Source: Clostridiales bacterium
GTDB lineage: Bacteria > Bacillota > Clostridia > Oscillospirales > Acutalibacteraceae
Assembly (NCBI GenBank): GCA_019422525.1
Contig: JAHZDE010000009.1
Location: 37,150-101,149, forward strand
DNA length: 64,000 bases
Reading direction: 5' to 3'
Shown here: piece by piece, positions 1-10,791 of the stretch
Layout of the letters: the number at the start of each line of letters is the position of its first letter
Position numbering within the stretch: position 1 is the stretch's first letter
Position numbers and translations under genes: made by a program
The notes under the pieces: generated by a model
What the model was told of the DNA's origin: nothing
What the model saw: only the letters and a program-made list of their open reading frames with translations
Database searches by the model: none

Positions 1-2030
1 GATTTGTGTGCGCCGGCTCTCCCCTTTGCTCCGTTGAGTTCTACCGCCAGATGCTTATATAGAATCTCGTTAATCAACGAGGATTTCCCCGAGCCGGATA
101 CGCCAGTAACGCAGACAAATTCTCCCAAGGGGATTTCAACAGAAATATTTTTCAAATTGTTCTGTGTTGCGCCGATAATCTTTAGTTTTTTCCCATTACC
201 CTTTCTGCGCTCTGTAGGAATCTCAATTTTCCGGCGGCCGGAAAGATACTGGCCGGTGATGGATTCCTCACAATCCAAAATTCCGGACACCGGGCCGTTA
301 TAAATCACATTGCCGCCATGAATCCCCGCACCGGGTCCGATATCTACAATATGGTCGGCCGCGCGCATGGTATCCTCGTCGTGCTCCACCACCAAAACTG
401 TGTTGCCCAAATCACGCAAGTGCTTGAGGGTGGCAAGCAGCTTGTCATTATCCCGCTGATGTAGGCCGATGCTGGGCTCGTCCAGAATATACAGAACTCC
501 CATCAAAGAGGAGCCAATTTGGGTCGCCAACCGGATTCGCTGGCTTTCGCCGCCGGACAGCGTACCGGAGGAGCGGGACAAAGTGAGGTATTCCAGTCCC
601 ACGCTTTTCAAAAAGCCCAAGCGGGAACGGATTTCTTTTAAAATGGTGGCAGCGATGGCGGCATCCCGGCCGGAAAGCTCCAAATGCTCGAAGAAATTCA
701 GCGCGTCGGAAACAGACAAATCGCACAGCTGTGCAATATTCAGCCCGCCTACTGTAACCGCCAAACTAACCGGAGAAAGCCGCTGCCCATGACAGGCATC
801 ACAGGGAATGGCGCTCATATAATTTTCGATTTCCTCTTTAATCCAACTACTTTGGGTATCCCGGAACCGGCGTTCCAGATTATTGATGATACCCTCGAAT
901 TCCACCTTGTATTTGCCGCTTCCGTACTCATTTTCCCGCACCACTTCAAACTTTTCACCTTTGGTGCCATACAGCAGAATATCCACAATTTCCGAAGGCA
1001 GCTCACCAATGGGAGTATCCAGCGAAAAGCCGAAGTGTTTTGCCAGGCCCTTCATATACATGGCAGCGATAGTACTTCCCTCCATAGCCCAGCCACTGGC
1101 TTTCAGACCGCCTTTATTGATAGACAGTTTCTTATCAGGGATAATCAAATCTGGATCAATCTTCATAAACACGCCCAGCCCAGTACATTTTGGGCAGGCA
1201 CCGAAGGGATTATTAAAAGAGAACATTCGGGGTGACAGTTCTTCCACACTAATGCCGTGTTCCGGGCAAGCGTAGTTCTGGGAAAAGAGAATATCCTCGT
1301 CCCCTTCCGGTTTCATCACATTGACGATAATCAGCCCGCCTGCCAGCGAAGAGGCGGTTTCTAAAGAATCCGCCAGACGAGAGCGAATATCAGGCCGAAT
1401 AACCAGACGATCCACCACAATTTCGATATTATGCTTTTTGTTTTTCTCCAGCTTGATAGTTTCAGACAAGTCATACAGAATTCCATCTGCACGGACACGG
1501 ACAAAGCCGCCTTTCCGGGCTGCATTTAATTCTTTGACATGCTCTCCCTTTCGACCACGGACAATAGGTGCCATAACCTGAATTTTGGTCCGCTCCGGTA
1601 ATGCCAATACCTGGTCTACAATTTGGTCAATGGTTTGCTGTTTAATTTCCCTGCCACATATCGGGCAGTGAGGAACACCTACGCGGGCGTAGAGCAAACG
1701 CAGGTAGTCATAAATCTCAGTAACCGTACCAACGGTAGAACGAGGGTTTTTCGAGGTGGTTTTTTGGTCAATGGAAATAGCCGGAGAAAGCCCCTCAATA
1801 TAATCCACATCGGGTTTTTCCATTTGTCCCAAAAATTGCCGCGCATAGGAGGAAAGGGATTCCACATAGCGGCGCTGGCCTTCAGCATAGATGGTATCAA
1901 AAGCAAGGGATGACTTTCCCGAGCCGGAAAGGCCGGTGAGCACAACCAGTTTGTCTCTTGGGATGGAGAGACTAATATTTTTCAGATTGTGTTCTCTTGC
2001 CCCTTTAATGGTCAGATTTTTGGTATCCAT
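1..2030 (-). CDS. uvrA: Excinuclease ABC subunit A (UvrA); the 3' end runs off the window
   Basis: Absent from the ORF track because it has no stop codon in the window. My minus-strand translation from the ATG at 2030 (GGAGG about 10 nt upstream) gives [60 protein letters not shown]. It also shows Cys motifs CPICG, CPKCTG and CDACHG, the ABC signature [12 protein letters not shown], and a second Walker [11 protein letters not shown] at the window edge. Confidence 0.95.
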   Translation of the reverse strand, partial: MDTKNLTIKGAREHNLKNISLSIPRDKLVVLTGLSGSGKSSLAFDTIYAEGQRRYVESLSSYARQFLGQMEKPDVDYIEGLSPAISIDQKTTSKNPRSTVGTVTEIYDYLRLLYARVGVPHCPICGREIKQQTIDQIVDQVLALPERTKIQVMAPIVRGRKGEHVKELNAARKGGFVRVRADGILYDLSETIKLEKNKKHNIEIVVDRLVIRPDIRSRLADSLETASSLAGGLIIVNVMKPEGDEDILFSQNYACPEHGISVEELSPRMFSFNNPFGACPKCTGLGVFMKIDPDLIIPDKKLSINKGGLKASGWAMEGSTIAAMYMKGLAKHFGFSLDTPIGELPSEIVDILLYGTKGEKFEVVRENEYGSGKYKVEFEGIINNLERRFRDTQSSWIKEEIENYMSAIPCDACHGQRLSPVSLAVTVGGLNIAQLCDLSVSDALNFFEHLELSGRDAAIAATILKEIRSRLGFLKSVGLEYLTLSRSSGTLSGGESQRIRLATQIGSSLMGVLYILDEPSIGLHQRDNDKLLATLKHLRDLGNTVLVVEHDEDTMRAADHIVDIGPGAGIHGGNVIYNGPVSGILDCEESITGQYLSGRRKIEIPTERRKGNGKKLKIIGATQNNLKNISVEIPLGEFVCVTGVSGSGKSSLINEILYKHLAVELNGAKGRAGAHK

Positions 2031-2065
2031 TTCTGTGGTTCCTCCTATATGGAAAATGTTAGGGA

Positions 2066-4048
2066 TTATTTCCCCTCCTGTAGTTCCTTAATTTTATCCC
2101 GCAAATAAGCAGCGTGCTCGAATTCCAGCAACTTTGCGGCAGCTTTCATTTCCTTGGTCAGCTTCTCAATCTCCTGGCGGCGTTCAATAGCGGAAAGTTT
2201 TCTCTTCTTTTTCTTCCCCTTGCCGTCTTCCTTATGCGTGGAGATTTCCAGCACTTCCGCCACTTTCTTCATAATTGTCTGGGGGACAATACCGTGTTCT
2301 TCGTTATATTTTATCTGGATTTCCCGGCGACGTACGGTTTCCCGGATGGCGTTTTCCATGGACGGTGTTACCGAATCGGCATACATGATGACCTTGCCCT
2401 CTGCGTTTCGGGCGGCACGGCCAATGGTCTGAATCAAAGACCGTTCGCTGCGCAGGAATCCCTCTTTGTCTGCGTCCAGAATGGCCACCAGCGACACCTC
2501 GGGAATATCAAGTCCTTCCCGCAACAGGTTAATACCGACCAGCACGTCAAATTCACCCAAACGCAGGTCACGAATAATCTCCATACGCTCTACAGTATCT
2601 ACATCATGATGCATATACCGCACACGAATCCCCATATTATCGAGAAAGTCTGTCAAATCCTCAGCCATTTTCTTGGTCAGGGTTGTTACTAACACTCGCT
2701 GCCCTTTGGCAGTGCGCAGATTGATTTCAGAAATCAAATCATCAATCTGGCCTTCTGTAGGTTTCACTTCAATTTCCGGGTCCAGCAGGCCTGTGGGGCG
2801 GATGACCTGCTCTACTATCTGCGTGGATTTTTCCAGTTCCAAATCGCCGGGAGTTGCACTAACGAAAATCACCTGATTGATATGATTATAAAACTCGTCA
2901 AAATTTAAAGGCCGGTTATCATAAGCTGAAGGCAGGCGGAAGCCATAATCAATCAGAGCTGCTTTCCGCGCTCGGTCTCCGGCATACATCGCCCGTACCT
3001 GGGGAAGAGTTACGTGAGACTCATCTACCATGAGCAGGAAATCATCAGGAAAATAGTCAATCAGCGTAAAAGGTGCACTGCCGGGCTTTCTGCCTGACAT
3101 AATGCGGGAATAATTCTCGATACCCTTACAAAAGCCAATTTCCGTCAGCATTTCGATGTCATATTGTGTACGCTGTTCAATCCGCTGGGCTTCAACGAGT
3201 TTGTCGTGTTCCTTAAAATATTTGACCCGCTCCACCATTTCCGCTTCAATTTCTTTTACGGCTTGCAGCATCTTTTCCCGTGGGACAATATAGTGAGAAG
3301 CGGGATAAATAGCCACGTGTTTCAATTCCGCTTTGAATTCACCAGTAAGAGAATTGATTTCGGAAATCCGGTCGATTTCGTCTCCAAAAAATTCTACCCG
3401 AATCACAGTGTCATTGGACTGTGCCGGAAAGATTTCTACCACGTCTCCCCGAACGCGGAATTTATTTCGGGTAAAGTTGATGTCGTTGCGCTCATACTGA
3501 ATTTCTACTAGTTTACGCAGCAAATCGTCCCGGCTCTTTTCCATGCCGGGGCGCAAGGAAATAACCATGGTACGGTAATCAATAGGGTCACCCAAACTAT
3601 AGATACAGGAAACACTGGCCACAATAATGACATCTCGACGTTCTGAAAGAGCTGAGGTGGCAGAGTGGCGGAGTTTGTCGATTTCGTCATTGATGGCGGA
3701 ATCCTTTTCTATATAAGTATCTGTTGTGGCAATATAAGCTTCCGGCTGATAATAGTCATAATAAGAAACAAAGTATTCCACCGCATTATTAGGAAAGAAT
3801 TCCCGAAATTCGGAGCATAGCTGGGCAGCCAGCGTTTTGTTGTGAGCCAATACTAAAGTAGGACGATTTACTTGAGCGATAATATTCGCCATAGTAAAGG
3901 TTTTGCCGGAACCAGTCACGCCCAGCAAGGTTTGCTCTTTATCGCCCCGATTCAGCCCTTCCACCAGTTGTGCAATAGCTTGAGGCTGGTCACCAGTGGG
4001 CTTATAGGGGGAAACTAGCTGAAATCGGTCTTCATGTATCTCACTCAT
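2066..4048 (-). CDS. uvrB: Excinuclease ABC subunit B (UvrB)
   Basis: Translation [32 protein letters not shown]...GVTGSGKTF (Walker A), DESHVT box, helicase C-terminal motifs, and a C-terminal UVR domain ([14 protein letters not shown]). The ORF track starts at 4147; I prefer the ATG at 4048, which has AGGAGGGC 5 nt upstream. Confidence 0.95.
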   Translation of the reverse strand: MSEIHEDRFQLVSPYKPTGDQPQAIAQLVEGLNRGDKEQTLLGVTGSGKTFTMANIIAQVNRPTLVLAHNKTLAAQLCSEFREFFPNNAVEYFVSYYDYYQPEAYIATTDTYIEKDSAINDEIDKLRHSATSALSERRDVIIVASVSCIYSLGDPIDYRTMVISLRPGMEKSRDDLLRKLVEIQYERNDINFTRNKFRVRGDVVEIFPAQSNDTVIRVEFFGDEIDRISEINSLTGEFKAELKHVAIYPASHYIVPREKMLQAVKEIEAEMVERVKYFKEHDKLVEAQRIEQRTQYDIEMLTEIGFCKGIENYSRIMSGRKPGSAPFTLIDYFPDDFLLMVDESHVTLPQVRAMYAGDRARKAALIDYGFRLPSAYDNRPLNFDEFYNHINQVIFVSATPGDLELEKSTQIVEQVIRPTGLLDPEIEVKPTEGQIDDLISEINLRTAKGQRVLVTTLTKKMAEDLTDFLDNMGIRVRYMHHDVDTVERMEIIRDLRLGEFDVLVGINLLREGLDIPEVSLVAILDADKEGFLRSERSLIQTIGRAARNAEGKVIMYADSVTPSMENAIRETVRRREIQIKYNEEHGIVPQTIMKKVAEVLEISTHKEDGKGKKKKRKLSAIERRQEIEKLTKEMKAAAKLLEFEHAAYLRDKIKELQEGK

Positions 4049-4188
4049 AAAAGCCCTCCTTTTTGGCTGTAAAACGCATTTTTCTTCTGTTTTATAAAAC
4101 GAACATTTGTGCTTTATCATATTACCGCTTTCTTTTTTATTTGTCAACGGATTTGAGCAAACTATGCATGGAAGAGAAAGATAAAAAA

Positions 4189-4221
4189 ACCGGCCGCCCG
4201 AAAAATTTTCAGACTGCCGGT
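4189..4221 (-). terminator. Rho-independent terminator after copA
   Basis: On the minus strand, ACCGGCAG...CGGCCGGT forms a hairpin followed by TTTTTTTAT. Confidence 0.6.
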
Positions 4222-4236
4222 TTTCAGCTTTTTTGA

Positions 4237-6870
4237 TTATACGCTGGCGGTATAACCTGCTTCGGTTACAGCATCTATCAACACCTGGTCCGGAACATCT
4301 TTGGACAGAGTAACGGTGGCCTGCTTCTTTTCCAAATCGGCAACCGCCTCTTCAACACCGTCAATAGCGCTGAGGGCCTTTTCTACGTGCATTTTGCAGT
4401 GTGCACACATCATACCTTCTACAGACAATACTTTTTTCATGGAACAGACTCCTTTCATATTCTCCGATGTAGTATCGGAATTTTCTTCTGCTGCTGGTAT
4501 AACCGGACAGGCAGTTGCTTCTTTTGCAGGGATAGTTTCTTCCGGGAGAACCGCCGGTGCTTTGCGCCTAAAAAAGCGCAGACGCAGGGCATTGGTCACC
4601 ACGCACACCGAGCTCAGGCTCATAGCCGCCGAACCAATCATGGGGCTTAGGCGGATGGCAAAGGCTGGGAACAGTGCGCCTGCCGCCACGGGGATTCCGA
4701 GGATATTATAGAAAAATGCCCAGAACAGGTTCATGTGGATATTTCTGACCACGGCACGGCTTAGTTCGATTGCTGCCGCTGCATCGTTCAGAGAATCCTT
4801 CATGAGCACCACATCCGCCGATTCAATGGCGATATCGGTTCCCGCTCCAATGGCAATTCCTATATCTGCACGGGTAAGGGCCGGTGCGTCGTTGATTCCG
4901 TCACCTACCATCGCGACTTTGCGGCCTTTTTCCTGTAAAGCGCGGATGTGGGCCTCTTTTTCTGTGGGCAGCACATCCGAAATGGCGGTTTCAATGTTCA
5001 GCTCTTTCCGAATCGCTTCGGCAGTCATGCGGTTATCTCCGGTAAGCATGACCACGTGCAATCCCAGATCTTTAAATCGACGGATAGCGGCGCGGCTTGT
5101 TTCTCGAATCGTATCGGCTACCGCGATGATTCCCGCCAACTTGCCGTCGCAGGCAAAGAGCAGCGGAGTTTTTCCCGCCTGCGCCAGCGTCTCTATTTCC
5201 TTTTGAACAGCATCTACCGAAAGGCCATTTTCTTTCAGAAAAGCGGTATTTCCGGCAAGCCAGCTTTTTCCCGCAATTTGGGCACGCACGCCCCGACCAG
5301 AAACCGCTTCGAAAGAATCTGCCCGCAGGGAGGGAACGCCCGCCTGCTGTGCATATTCCACCACAGCCTGTGCCAGCGGGTGCTCGCTCCCAATTTCTGC
5401 GGCGGCGGCCTGCGCCAGAAATTCCTGCTGAGACAGGCCTTCTTCCAGCACCAGAACATCGGTGACAGACGGTTTTCCCGAAGTAATGGTGCCGGTTTTA
5501 TCCAGCACAATGGTATCGACGTTGTGGAGATTTTCAAGGCTTTCCGCAGACTTGATGAGGATGCCCATTTCCGCCGCTTTTCCGGTTCCCACCATAATAG
5601 CCACCGGCGTTGCCAGTCCCAGCGCACACGGGCAGGAAATCACCAGCACGGCGATGGCATTAGATAGGGCGAATTCAAAGCCCGCTCCGGCAATCATCCA
5701 GACAATTGCCGTCAGGATGGCGATTCCGATGACTACCGGCACAAACACACCGCTGACTTTGTCGGCCAGCCGGGCGATGGGCGCTTTGGAGTTGCCCGCT
5801 TCATCCACCAGACGGATAATCTGTGCCAATGTGGTGTCCTCCCCCACGCGGGAAGCGTGGAAGCGGAAAGAGCCGTTGCGGTTGATGGTGGCGGAAATGA
5901 CGGTATCGCCCGGGTTTTTCTCCACGGGGATGCTCTCACCGGTAATGGCGGACTGGTCCACATAGCCGGTACCCTCTGTCACCACGCCGTCTACAGGGAT
6001 CCCTTCGCCGGGACGGATGACAATGAGGTCTCCGGAGAGCACCTGCTCCGCCGGGATGGTTACCTCTTCCCCGCCGCGGACTACCACAGCGGTTTTGGGC
6101 GCGAGGTCGATGAGCTTTCCCAATGCATCGGAGGTTTTGGCTTTGGAACGGGCTTCGAGATATTTTCCCACCGTTACCAGCGTCAGAATCATAGCGGCGG
6201 ATTCAAAATACAGCGCGTGGGCGTATTCATGCACTAGCCCCATTTCCCCATGTCCAAAGCCATAGGCCATGCGGAACATGGCGAACAGGCCATAGAGCAG
6301 CGAAGCGCCGGAGCCGATTGCCACTAACGAATCCATATTGGGCGCCCGGTGCAGCAGGGATTTGAAGCCGTTCTGATAAAAATGCCGGTTGATGAACAGA
6401 ATCGGGATGGTGAGAAGCAGCTGCAAAAGCGCCGACACCATGGCGTTTTCGATTCCCAGCAAGAACCCCGGCACCGGCAAAGATAGCATAGCGCCCATAG
6501 CGACATACATTAGCGGCACCAACAGGATAATGGAAGAAACCAGCCTGCGTTTCATAGCCTTCTGGCTTTCGTCTGCATGGGACTGCCGCGCCTGCCATTC
6601 ACTGCGGAAGGTGCCGATTTTCTCTTCCTTTTTTCCGTTTATCGGGCATGCGCCATATCCAATCCCTTCTACGGCCTGCACAATGGCCTGTTCATCTACT
6701 TCGTTTTCATCGTAGGAGACCGTCATCTGGTTGGCCAGAAGGCTGACATTTACTTCTTCCACGCCCTCCAGCTTTTGGACACATCGAGTCACATTGGCCT
6801 GGCACGCGGCACAGGTCATGCCGGTCACCTGATATTTTTCTGTTTTCACAGGATTCACCTCTCTTTTCAA
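4237..6870 (-). CDS. copA: Copper-translocating P-type ATPase with an N-terminal and an extra C-terminal HMA domain
   Basis: N-terminal HMA motif GMTCAAC, transmembrane CPC motif ([11 protein letters not shown]), phosphorylation site DKTGTIT, and GDGINDAP hinge. The C-terminal 67 aa form a second HMA domain ([14 protein letters not shown]). Confidence 0.95.
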   Translation of the reverse strand: MKREVNPVKTEKYQVTGMTCAACQANVTRCVQKLEGVEEVNVSLLANQMTVSYDENEVDEQAIVQAVEGIGYGACPINGKKEEKIGTFRSEWQARQSHADESQKAMKRRLVSSIILLVPLMYVAMGAMLSLPVPGFLLGIENAMVSALLQLLLTIPILFINRHFYQNGFKSLLHRAPNMDSLVAIGSGASLLYGLFAMFRMAYGFGHGEMGLVHEYAHALYFESAAMILTLVTVGKYLEARSKAKTSDALGKLIDLAPKTAVVVRGGEEVTIPAEQVLSGDLIVIRPGEGIPVDGVVTEGTGYVDQSAITGESIPVEKNPGDTVISATINRNGSFRFHASRVGEDTTLAQIIRLVDEAGNSKAPIARLADKVSGVFVPVVIGIAILTAIVWMIAGAGFEFALSNAIAVLVISCPCALGLATPVAIMVGTGKAAEMGILIKSAESLENLHNVDTIVLDKTGTITSGKPSVTDVLVLEEGLSQQEFLAQAAAAEIGSEHPLAQAVVEYAQQAGVPSLRADSFEAVSGRGVRAQIAGKSWLAGNTAFLKENGLSVDAVQKEIETLAQAGKTPLLFACDGKLAGIIAVADTIRETSRAAIRRFKDLGLHVVMLTGDNRMTAEAIRKELNIETAISDVLPTEKEAHIRALQEKGRKVAMVGDGINDAPALTRADIGIAIGAGTDIAIESADVVLMKDSLNDAAAAIELSRAVVRNIHMNLFWAFFYNILGIPVAAGALFPAFAIRLSPMIGSAAMSLSSVCVVTNALRLRFFRRKAPAVLPEETIPAKEATACPVIPAAEENSDTTSENMKGVCSMKKVLSVEGMMCAHCKMHVEKALSAIDGVEEAVADLEKKQATVTLSKDVPDQVLIDAVTEAGYTASV

Positions 6871-6890
6871 AGTACATTACAAACCTGTGA

Positions 6891-7238
6891 TTATTTTAAT
6901 TTCTTAATCAGTTCCAGCACTTCATCCACTATCTGGGTATTTCCCTTCTGGATTTCTTCTACCACGCAGGTTTCCAGATGGCTTTGCAGCACTGCATAGC
7001 CAAAAGCCTGCAGGGCGCTCTCTACAGCGGCCACCTGGATGAGAATATCGCCGCAATAGCGGTTGTCATCCAGCATTTTGCTGATTCCATTCAGCTGGCC
7101 GGTCATCCTCTTGATACGGTTTTGCAGCTGGCGAAGTTCTTTCTCCTCGCGCGGGGTGGATTTATGACGGCAGCAGCAGGTTTTCTCTTCACAAGAAACT
7201 GCTTGTACTTCATCCGATTTCAATTCATAATTTTCCAT
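6891..7238 (-). CDS. csoR: CsoR-family copper-sensing repressor
   Basis: 115 aa with the DUF156/CsoR core LQNRIKRMTGQLNGISKMLDDNRYCGDILIQVAAVESAL...HLETCV, which carries the Cys/His/Cys ligand pattern. It lies directly upstream of copA and has a Cys-rich N-terminal tail, SCEEKTCCCRH. Confidence 0.9.
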   Translation of the reverse strand: MENYELKSDEVQAVSCEEKTCCCRHKSTPREEKELRQLQNRIKRMTGQLNGISKMLDDNRYCGDILIQVAAVESALQAFGYAVLQSHLETCVVEEIQKGNTQIVDEVLELIKKLK

Positions 7239-7253
7239 CTTCTGCCTCCTTAT

Positions 7254-7270
7254 ATACCCCGTAGGGGTAT
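7254..7270. promoter_or_regulatory. CsoR operator box 1 (ATACCCC-GTA-GGGGTAT)
   Basis: GC-tract inverted repeat of the TACCC-N-GGGTA type known for CsoR operators. It sits in the csoR 5' UTR just upstream of the RBS. Confidence 0.7.
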
Positions 7271-7289
7271 TTGAGATGCTTTTATTATA

Positions 7290-7306
7290 ATACCCTATGG
7301 GGGTAT
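7290..7306. promoter_or_regulatory. CsoR operator box 2 (ATACCC-TATGG-GGGTAT)
   Basis: Second near-identical inverted repeat, 36 bp from box 1, in the csoR-copA promoter region. Confidence 0.7.
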
Positions 7307-7422
7307 TTTCAAGTGTTTTTTAAATTTATTTTGGAACCTTTTGCGATTCTTTACATTTACCATTTCATTTGCTATCATGATACCGAACAAATTGAACGCC
7401 AAAAAGGAAAGGGGAACGATTT

Positions 7423-8781
7423 ATGAGCAGTCCTGCACCCAGAAATTTTCGTCCAAAACTTCATTTTACCCCGCCCTCCATGTGGATGAACGACCCGAAC
7501 GGCCTGTTCTATGCATACGGGACTTATCATCTATACTATCAATATAACCCTGACGATACCGTTTGGGGGCCGATGCATTGGGGACATGCTGTTTCGAAAG
7601 ATTTGTACCACTGGGAACACTGCCCTATTGCTATGGAGCCCGATGAGCTGGGTACGATTTTCAGCGGATGTGCGGTACTGGATAGCAAAAATGTGAGCGG
7701 GTTTGGAAAGAATGGCTGTTCCCCGCTGCTGATTTTCTATACCAATGACGGCAAATGTGAGTGTCAAAGCATGGCCTATAGCCTGGACGGCGGCATGACC
7801 TTTACACGCTATTCTGGGAACCCGGTTCTCGGAAATCCCGGCTTGAAAGATTATCGTGACCCAAAAGTGTTTCGCAATCCGGTGCGTGGCGGTTATAGTA
7901 TGATCGTCTCGGCACATGACCGTGCGATGTTCTATCATTCCACAGATTTGAAACACTGGGAAAAAACCGGGGAATGTAAGCTCACTCCCAAACAGATTCA
8001 CAACGCTGATGTTTGGGAATGTCCGGACATCTTTCCGATGGAATTTGGCGGGAAAACCGTGTGGGTACTGGTGGTCAGTATGATCTTTTTGGGGGAAGGC
8101 CACGAAAACCACATGCTGTACCTGACCGGTACTTTTGACGGTGACACCTTCCTGCCAGACGAAGGCGCCATTGCAGAACGGGTAGATTGCGGTTTTGATT
8201 ACTACGCTGGTTCCACCTATTGGGGAACAGATGAAAGAATTCTGATTGCCTGGGAAAATTGCCCGGACTATGCGGGCCAGGTTCCCACTGGTGAATACTG
8301 TGGCCAAATGAGTTTACCGCGTGTCCTCCATTTGCAGGAAACGCCGACCGGCAAAAAGCTGGCAGCACACCCCTTCGGCATGGAAAAAATCTTTGAAGAT
8401 GCCAAGCCCTTTGATGGCTGTTTGACGGGCGAAACCTTTGCCCTGCGTATTAGCGGTGAAGGCAGTGGTTCCGTCACACTTGAGAACGATTTTGGCGAGC
8501 GTGTGACCTTTGGCGTTGATGAAGAAAACCATGTCTATGTAGACCGCAGCGCTTCCTCTGCTCTACAAGTCAACAACCCGAGCTGGCCTTTGATGCAGAA
8601 AAGTTGCCAGCCCCGTTTTTATCATGGCCGCTGGACGATTGACGCTGTGTTTGATGTCAGTGTGCTGGAACTGTATTGTGATGACGGTACCCGCTGTTTT
8701 TCTAACCTTCTTTTTCCCACGCACCCTTATAAACGGGCAGTATCCCAGGGGAATTGCCAAATCGCATTTGCAGCGCTTTAA
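7423..8781 (+). CDS. Glycoside hydrolase family 32 (beta-fructofuranosidase / sucrose-6-phosphate hydrolase-like), cytoplasmic
   Basis: Carries the GH32 catalytic motifs WMNDPNG, YRDPKVF (RDP) and WECPD (EC). No signal peptide is evident. Confidence 0.9.
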   Translation: MSSPAPRNFRPKLHFTPPSMWMNDPNGLFYAYGTYHLYYQYNPDDTVWGPMHWGHAVSKDLYHWEHCPIAMEPDELGTIFSGCAVLDSKNVSGFGKNGCSPLLIFYTNDGKCECQSMAYSLDGGMTFTRYSGNPVLGNPGLKDYRDPKVFRNPVRGGYSMIVSAHDRAMFYHSTDLKHWEKTGECKLTPKQIHNADVWECPDIFPMEFGGKTVWVLVVSMIFLGEGHENHMLYLTGTFDGDTFLPDEGAIAERVDCGFDYYAGSTYWGTDERILIAWENCPDYAGQVPTGEYCGQMSLPRVLHLQETPTGKKLAAHPFGMEKIFEDAKPFDGCLTGETFALRISGEGSGSVTLENDFGERVTFGVDEENHVYVDRSASSALQVNNPSWPLMQKSCQPRFYHGRWTIDAVFDVSVLELYCDDGTRCFSNLLFPTHPYKRAVSQGNCQIAFAAL

Positions 8782-8804
8782 ACGAAATATAATCATAATC
8801 AAAA

Positions 8805-8843
8805 AGGCTCCCACGGCGAATATCCGTGAGAGCCTTCTTTTTA
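8805..8843. terminator. Bidirectional terminator between the convergent GH32 and thiC genes
   Basis: AGGCTCCCACGG-loop-CCGTGAGAGCCT hairpin flanked by an A-run and a T-run. Confidence 0.65.
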
Positions 8844-8861
8844 TGATGATTTACTAAAACA

Positions 8862-10196
8862 TTATTCGCCGCAGCTGCCCTTTTCGGAGCAGAACTTCAC
8901 GGTCTTTCCTTCCAGAATTAGGTTAGTGGTGCGAACGGCGCACATTTTGCCGCACATGGAGCAGGTGTGGCGCTCGGCGGGCGGTGTGGACTCATAATAG
9001 CGGCGGGCCTTGTCGGAGTCAAGGGCCAGACGGAACATTTCGTCCCAGTCCAGTTTGTGGCGGGCGGTGGACATTTCGTTGTCGCGGTCACGGGCTCCAG
9101 GCAGGCCGTTGGCAATGTCGGCGGCGTGGGCGGCAATTTTGGAAGCAATGATGCCCTCCCGCACGTCGTCCAAATCGGGCAGGCGAAGATGCTCTGCAGG
9201 GGTGACATAGCACAGGAAATTGGCGCCGTTGGATGCGGCAATTGCTCCACCGATGGCAGACGTAATGTGGTCATAGCCGGGGGCAATGTCAGTGACAATG
9301 GGACCCAGTACATAGAAAGGGGCACCATGGCAAAGGCGTTTTTCCATCTGCATATTGGCGGCAATTTCGTTCATAGCCATGTGGCCCGGGCCTTCCACCA
9401 GTACTTGTACATCCGCATCCCAAGCCCGCTTGGTCAGGTTTCCAATTTCAATCAACTCGGAAATCTGACCTGCGTCGGAACTGTCATCAATACAGCCAGG
9501 GCGCAGAGCGTCGCCAATAGAGATGGTCACGTCATGGGCGCGGAGAATTTCCAAAACATCATCATACCGCTCAAAGAAGGGGTTCTCGTTACCGGTCATC
9601 ATCATCCAAGCAAACAGCAGAGAGCCGCCGCGGGAAACAATATTCATGCGCCGTCCTTCCCGACGGAAAGCCTCTACTGCACGGCGGTTGATACCTGCAT
9701 GAATGGTCATGAAGTCTACACCCTCTTTGGCGTGAGCCTCTACCACTTTGAGAAAATCATCGGCAGTAATGTCCAACAAATCCTTTTCCAGATAGCCAAT
9801 AGCGTCATACATAGGCACCGTGCCAATCATGGCCGGGGAATACTCCACCAGCTTTTCACGGAATACACGAGTTTTGCCATAGTTGGAGAGGTCCATAATA
9901 GACTCCGCACCCATCTCCACGGACATTTTGACCTTGTTCATTTCCAGATCATAGTCCTTGGCGTCGCCGGAAATACCCAGATTCACGTTGATTTTAGTGC
10001 GCAGTCCGTCGCCGATGCCCTCAGCAGAAAGCGAAGTGTGATGAATGTTGGCGGGAATAGCGATGGTACCGGCAGCAACACGCTCCCGTACCCATTCTGG
10101 CTCCCGATGCTCTTTCTCTGCCACCAGCTGAATCTGGGGGGTGATAATGCCTTTTTTGGCAGCTTCCATCTGAGTTTTATAGTTCATGGATGTCAT
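8862..10196 (-). CDS. thiC: Phosphomethylpyrimidine synthase
   Basis: 444 aa with typical ThiC sequence throughout, and a C-terminal radical-SAM-like CSMCGKMC cluster motif. Confidence 0.95.
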   Translation of the reverse strand: MTSMNYKTQMEAAKKGIITPQIQLVAEKEHREPEWVRERVAAGTIAIPANIHHTSLSAEGIGDGLRTKINVNLGISGDAKDYDLEMNKVKMSVEMGAESIMDLSNYGKTRVFREKLVEYSPAMIGTVPMYDAIGYLEKDLLDITADDFLKVVEAHAKEGVDFMTIHAGINRRAVEAFRREGRRMNIVSRGGSLLFAWMMMTGNENPFFERYDDVLEILRAHDVTISIGDALRPGCIDDSSDAGQISELIEIGNLTKRAWDADVQVLVEGPGHMAMNEIAANMQMEKRLCHGAPFYVLGPIVTDIAPGYDHITSAIGGAIAASNGANFLCYVTPAEHLRLPDLDDVREGIIASKIAAHAADIANGLPGARDRDNEMSTARHKLDWDEMFRLALDSDKARRYYESTPPAERHTCSMCGKMCAVRTTNLILEGKTVKFCSEKGSCGE

Positions 10197-10791
10197 CCTC
10201 CTGACAATAAAATTCTTGTATCAGCCGAACTGGGTCCGGCGCTTTCATAAGGGCGCTCATAACGCAGTACCCGGCAGCTCCCGCCTGCAAAACTGACGGT
10301 ACTCTTTCCGGAGTCATACCACCGATGGCATACACCGGCTGGCGGGCGTTTTGGCATACCTTTTGGAGAAACTCCAATCCTCGGGGCGGTACACCTTTTT
10401 TACAGTCCGTGGGGAATACGTGCCCGGCAATGAGATAGGCAGCCGGGCTTTCCCGTAAAGCGAAGGCTTCTTCCGGTGCATGGACGGATACGCCGAATTC
10501 CCCAGAAACCGGCAAGTCTCGATTTTGAAAAGAAAGCTGTGCGCCGCATCCCGGAAGTGTGAAGCCGGGGATGGGGCCGTTGCACATGAGCGGCACCCCA
10601 TATTTCTCACAAAGGGGCAGTAGCTTTTGCGCCAGCGCTTCATATTCTTCCGGGGAAAGATCTTTTTCCCGCAAAATAATCCGGGTGGGCCTTTGGGAAA
10701 TAATCGACTCCATGCGGGTGAGAAAATCATCGGGGCAGGCGCTGCGCTGGGTGACGCAGATGAGCCGTCTCCCCTCTTTTCCCTTACACAT
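10177..10791 (-). CDS. tenI: TenI-like thiazole tautomerase (ThiE paralogue, probably not a thiamine-phosphate synthase)
   Basis: [16 protein letters not shown] and [26 protein letters not shown] match my recollection of B. subtilis TenI (GHVFETDCKKG..., IAIGGMTPDRL...AGADGIAVMS) rather than ThiE. The ORF-track N-terminal extension to 11040 overlaps thiH. I place the start at the ATG at 10791, which overlaps the thiH stop (ATGTGTAA). Confidence 0.7.
   Translation of the reverse strand: MCKGKEGRRLICVTQRSACPDDFLTRMESIISQRPTRIILREKDLSPEEYEALAQKLLPLCEKYGVPLMCNGPIPGFTLPGCGAQLSFQNRDLPVSGEFGVSVHAPEEAFALRESPAAYLIAGHVFPTDCKKGVPPRGLEFLQKVCQNARQPVYAIGGMTPERVPSVLQAGAAGYCVMSALMKAPDPVRLIQEFYCQEDDIHEL

Noticed and set aside
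7423-8781. The GH32 gene as part of a sucrose or fructan utilisation locus.
   Set aside because: No transporter, kinase or LacI/RpiR-type regulator is adjacent. It is a stand-alone gene between the copper and thiamine operons, so no locus-level claim can be made.
8967-10250. Long antisense or alternate-frame ORFs inside thiC. Similar ORFs lie at 10559-11530, 13861-15237, 19115-20434, 24520-25431, 33256-34287, 42954-43793, 45279-46061, 48195-49025 and 49596-50717.
   Set aside because: Each fully overlaps a gene with strong family motifs on the other strand or in another frame. Their translations are compositionally biased and carry no motifs.
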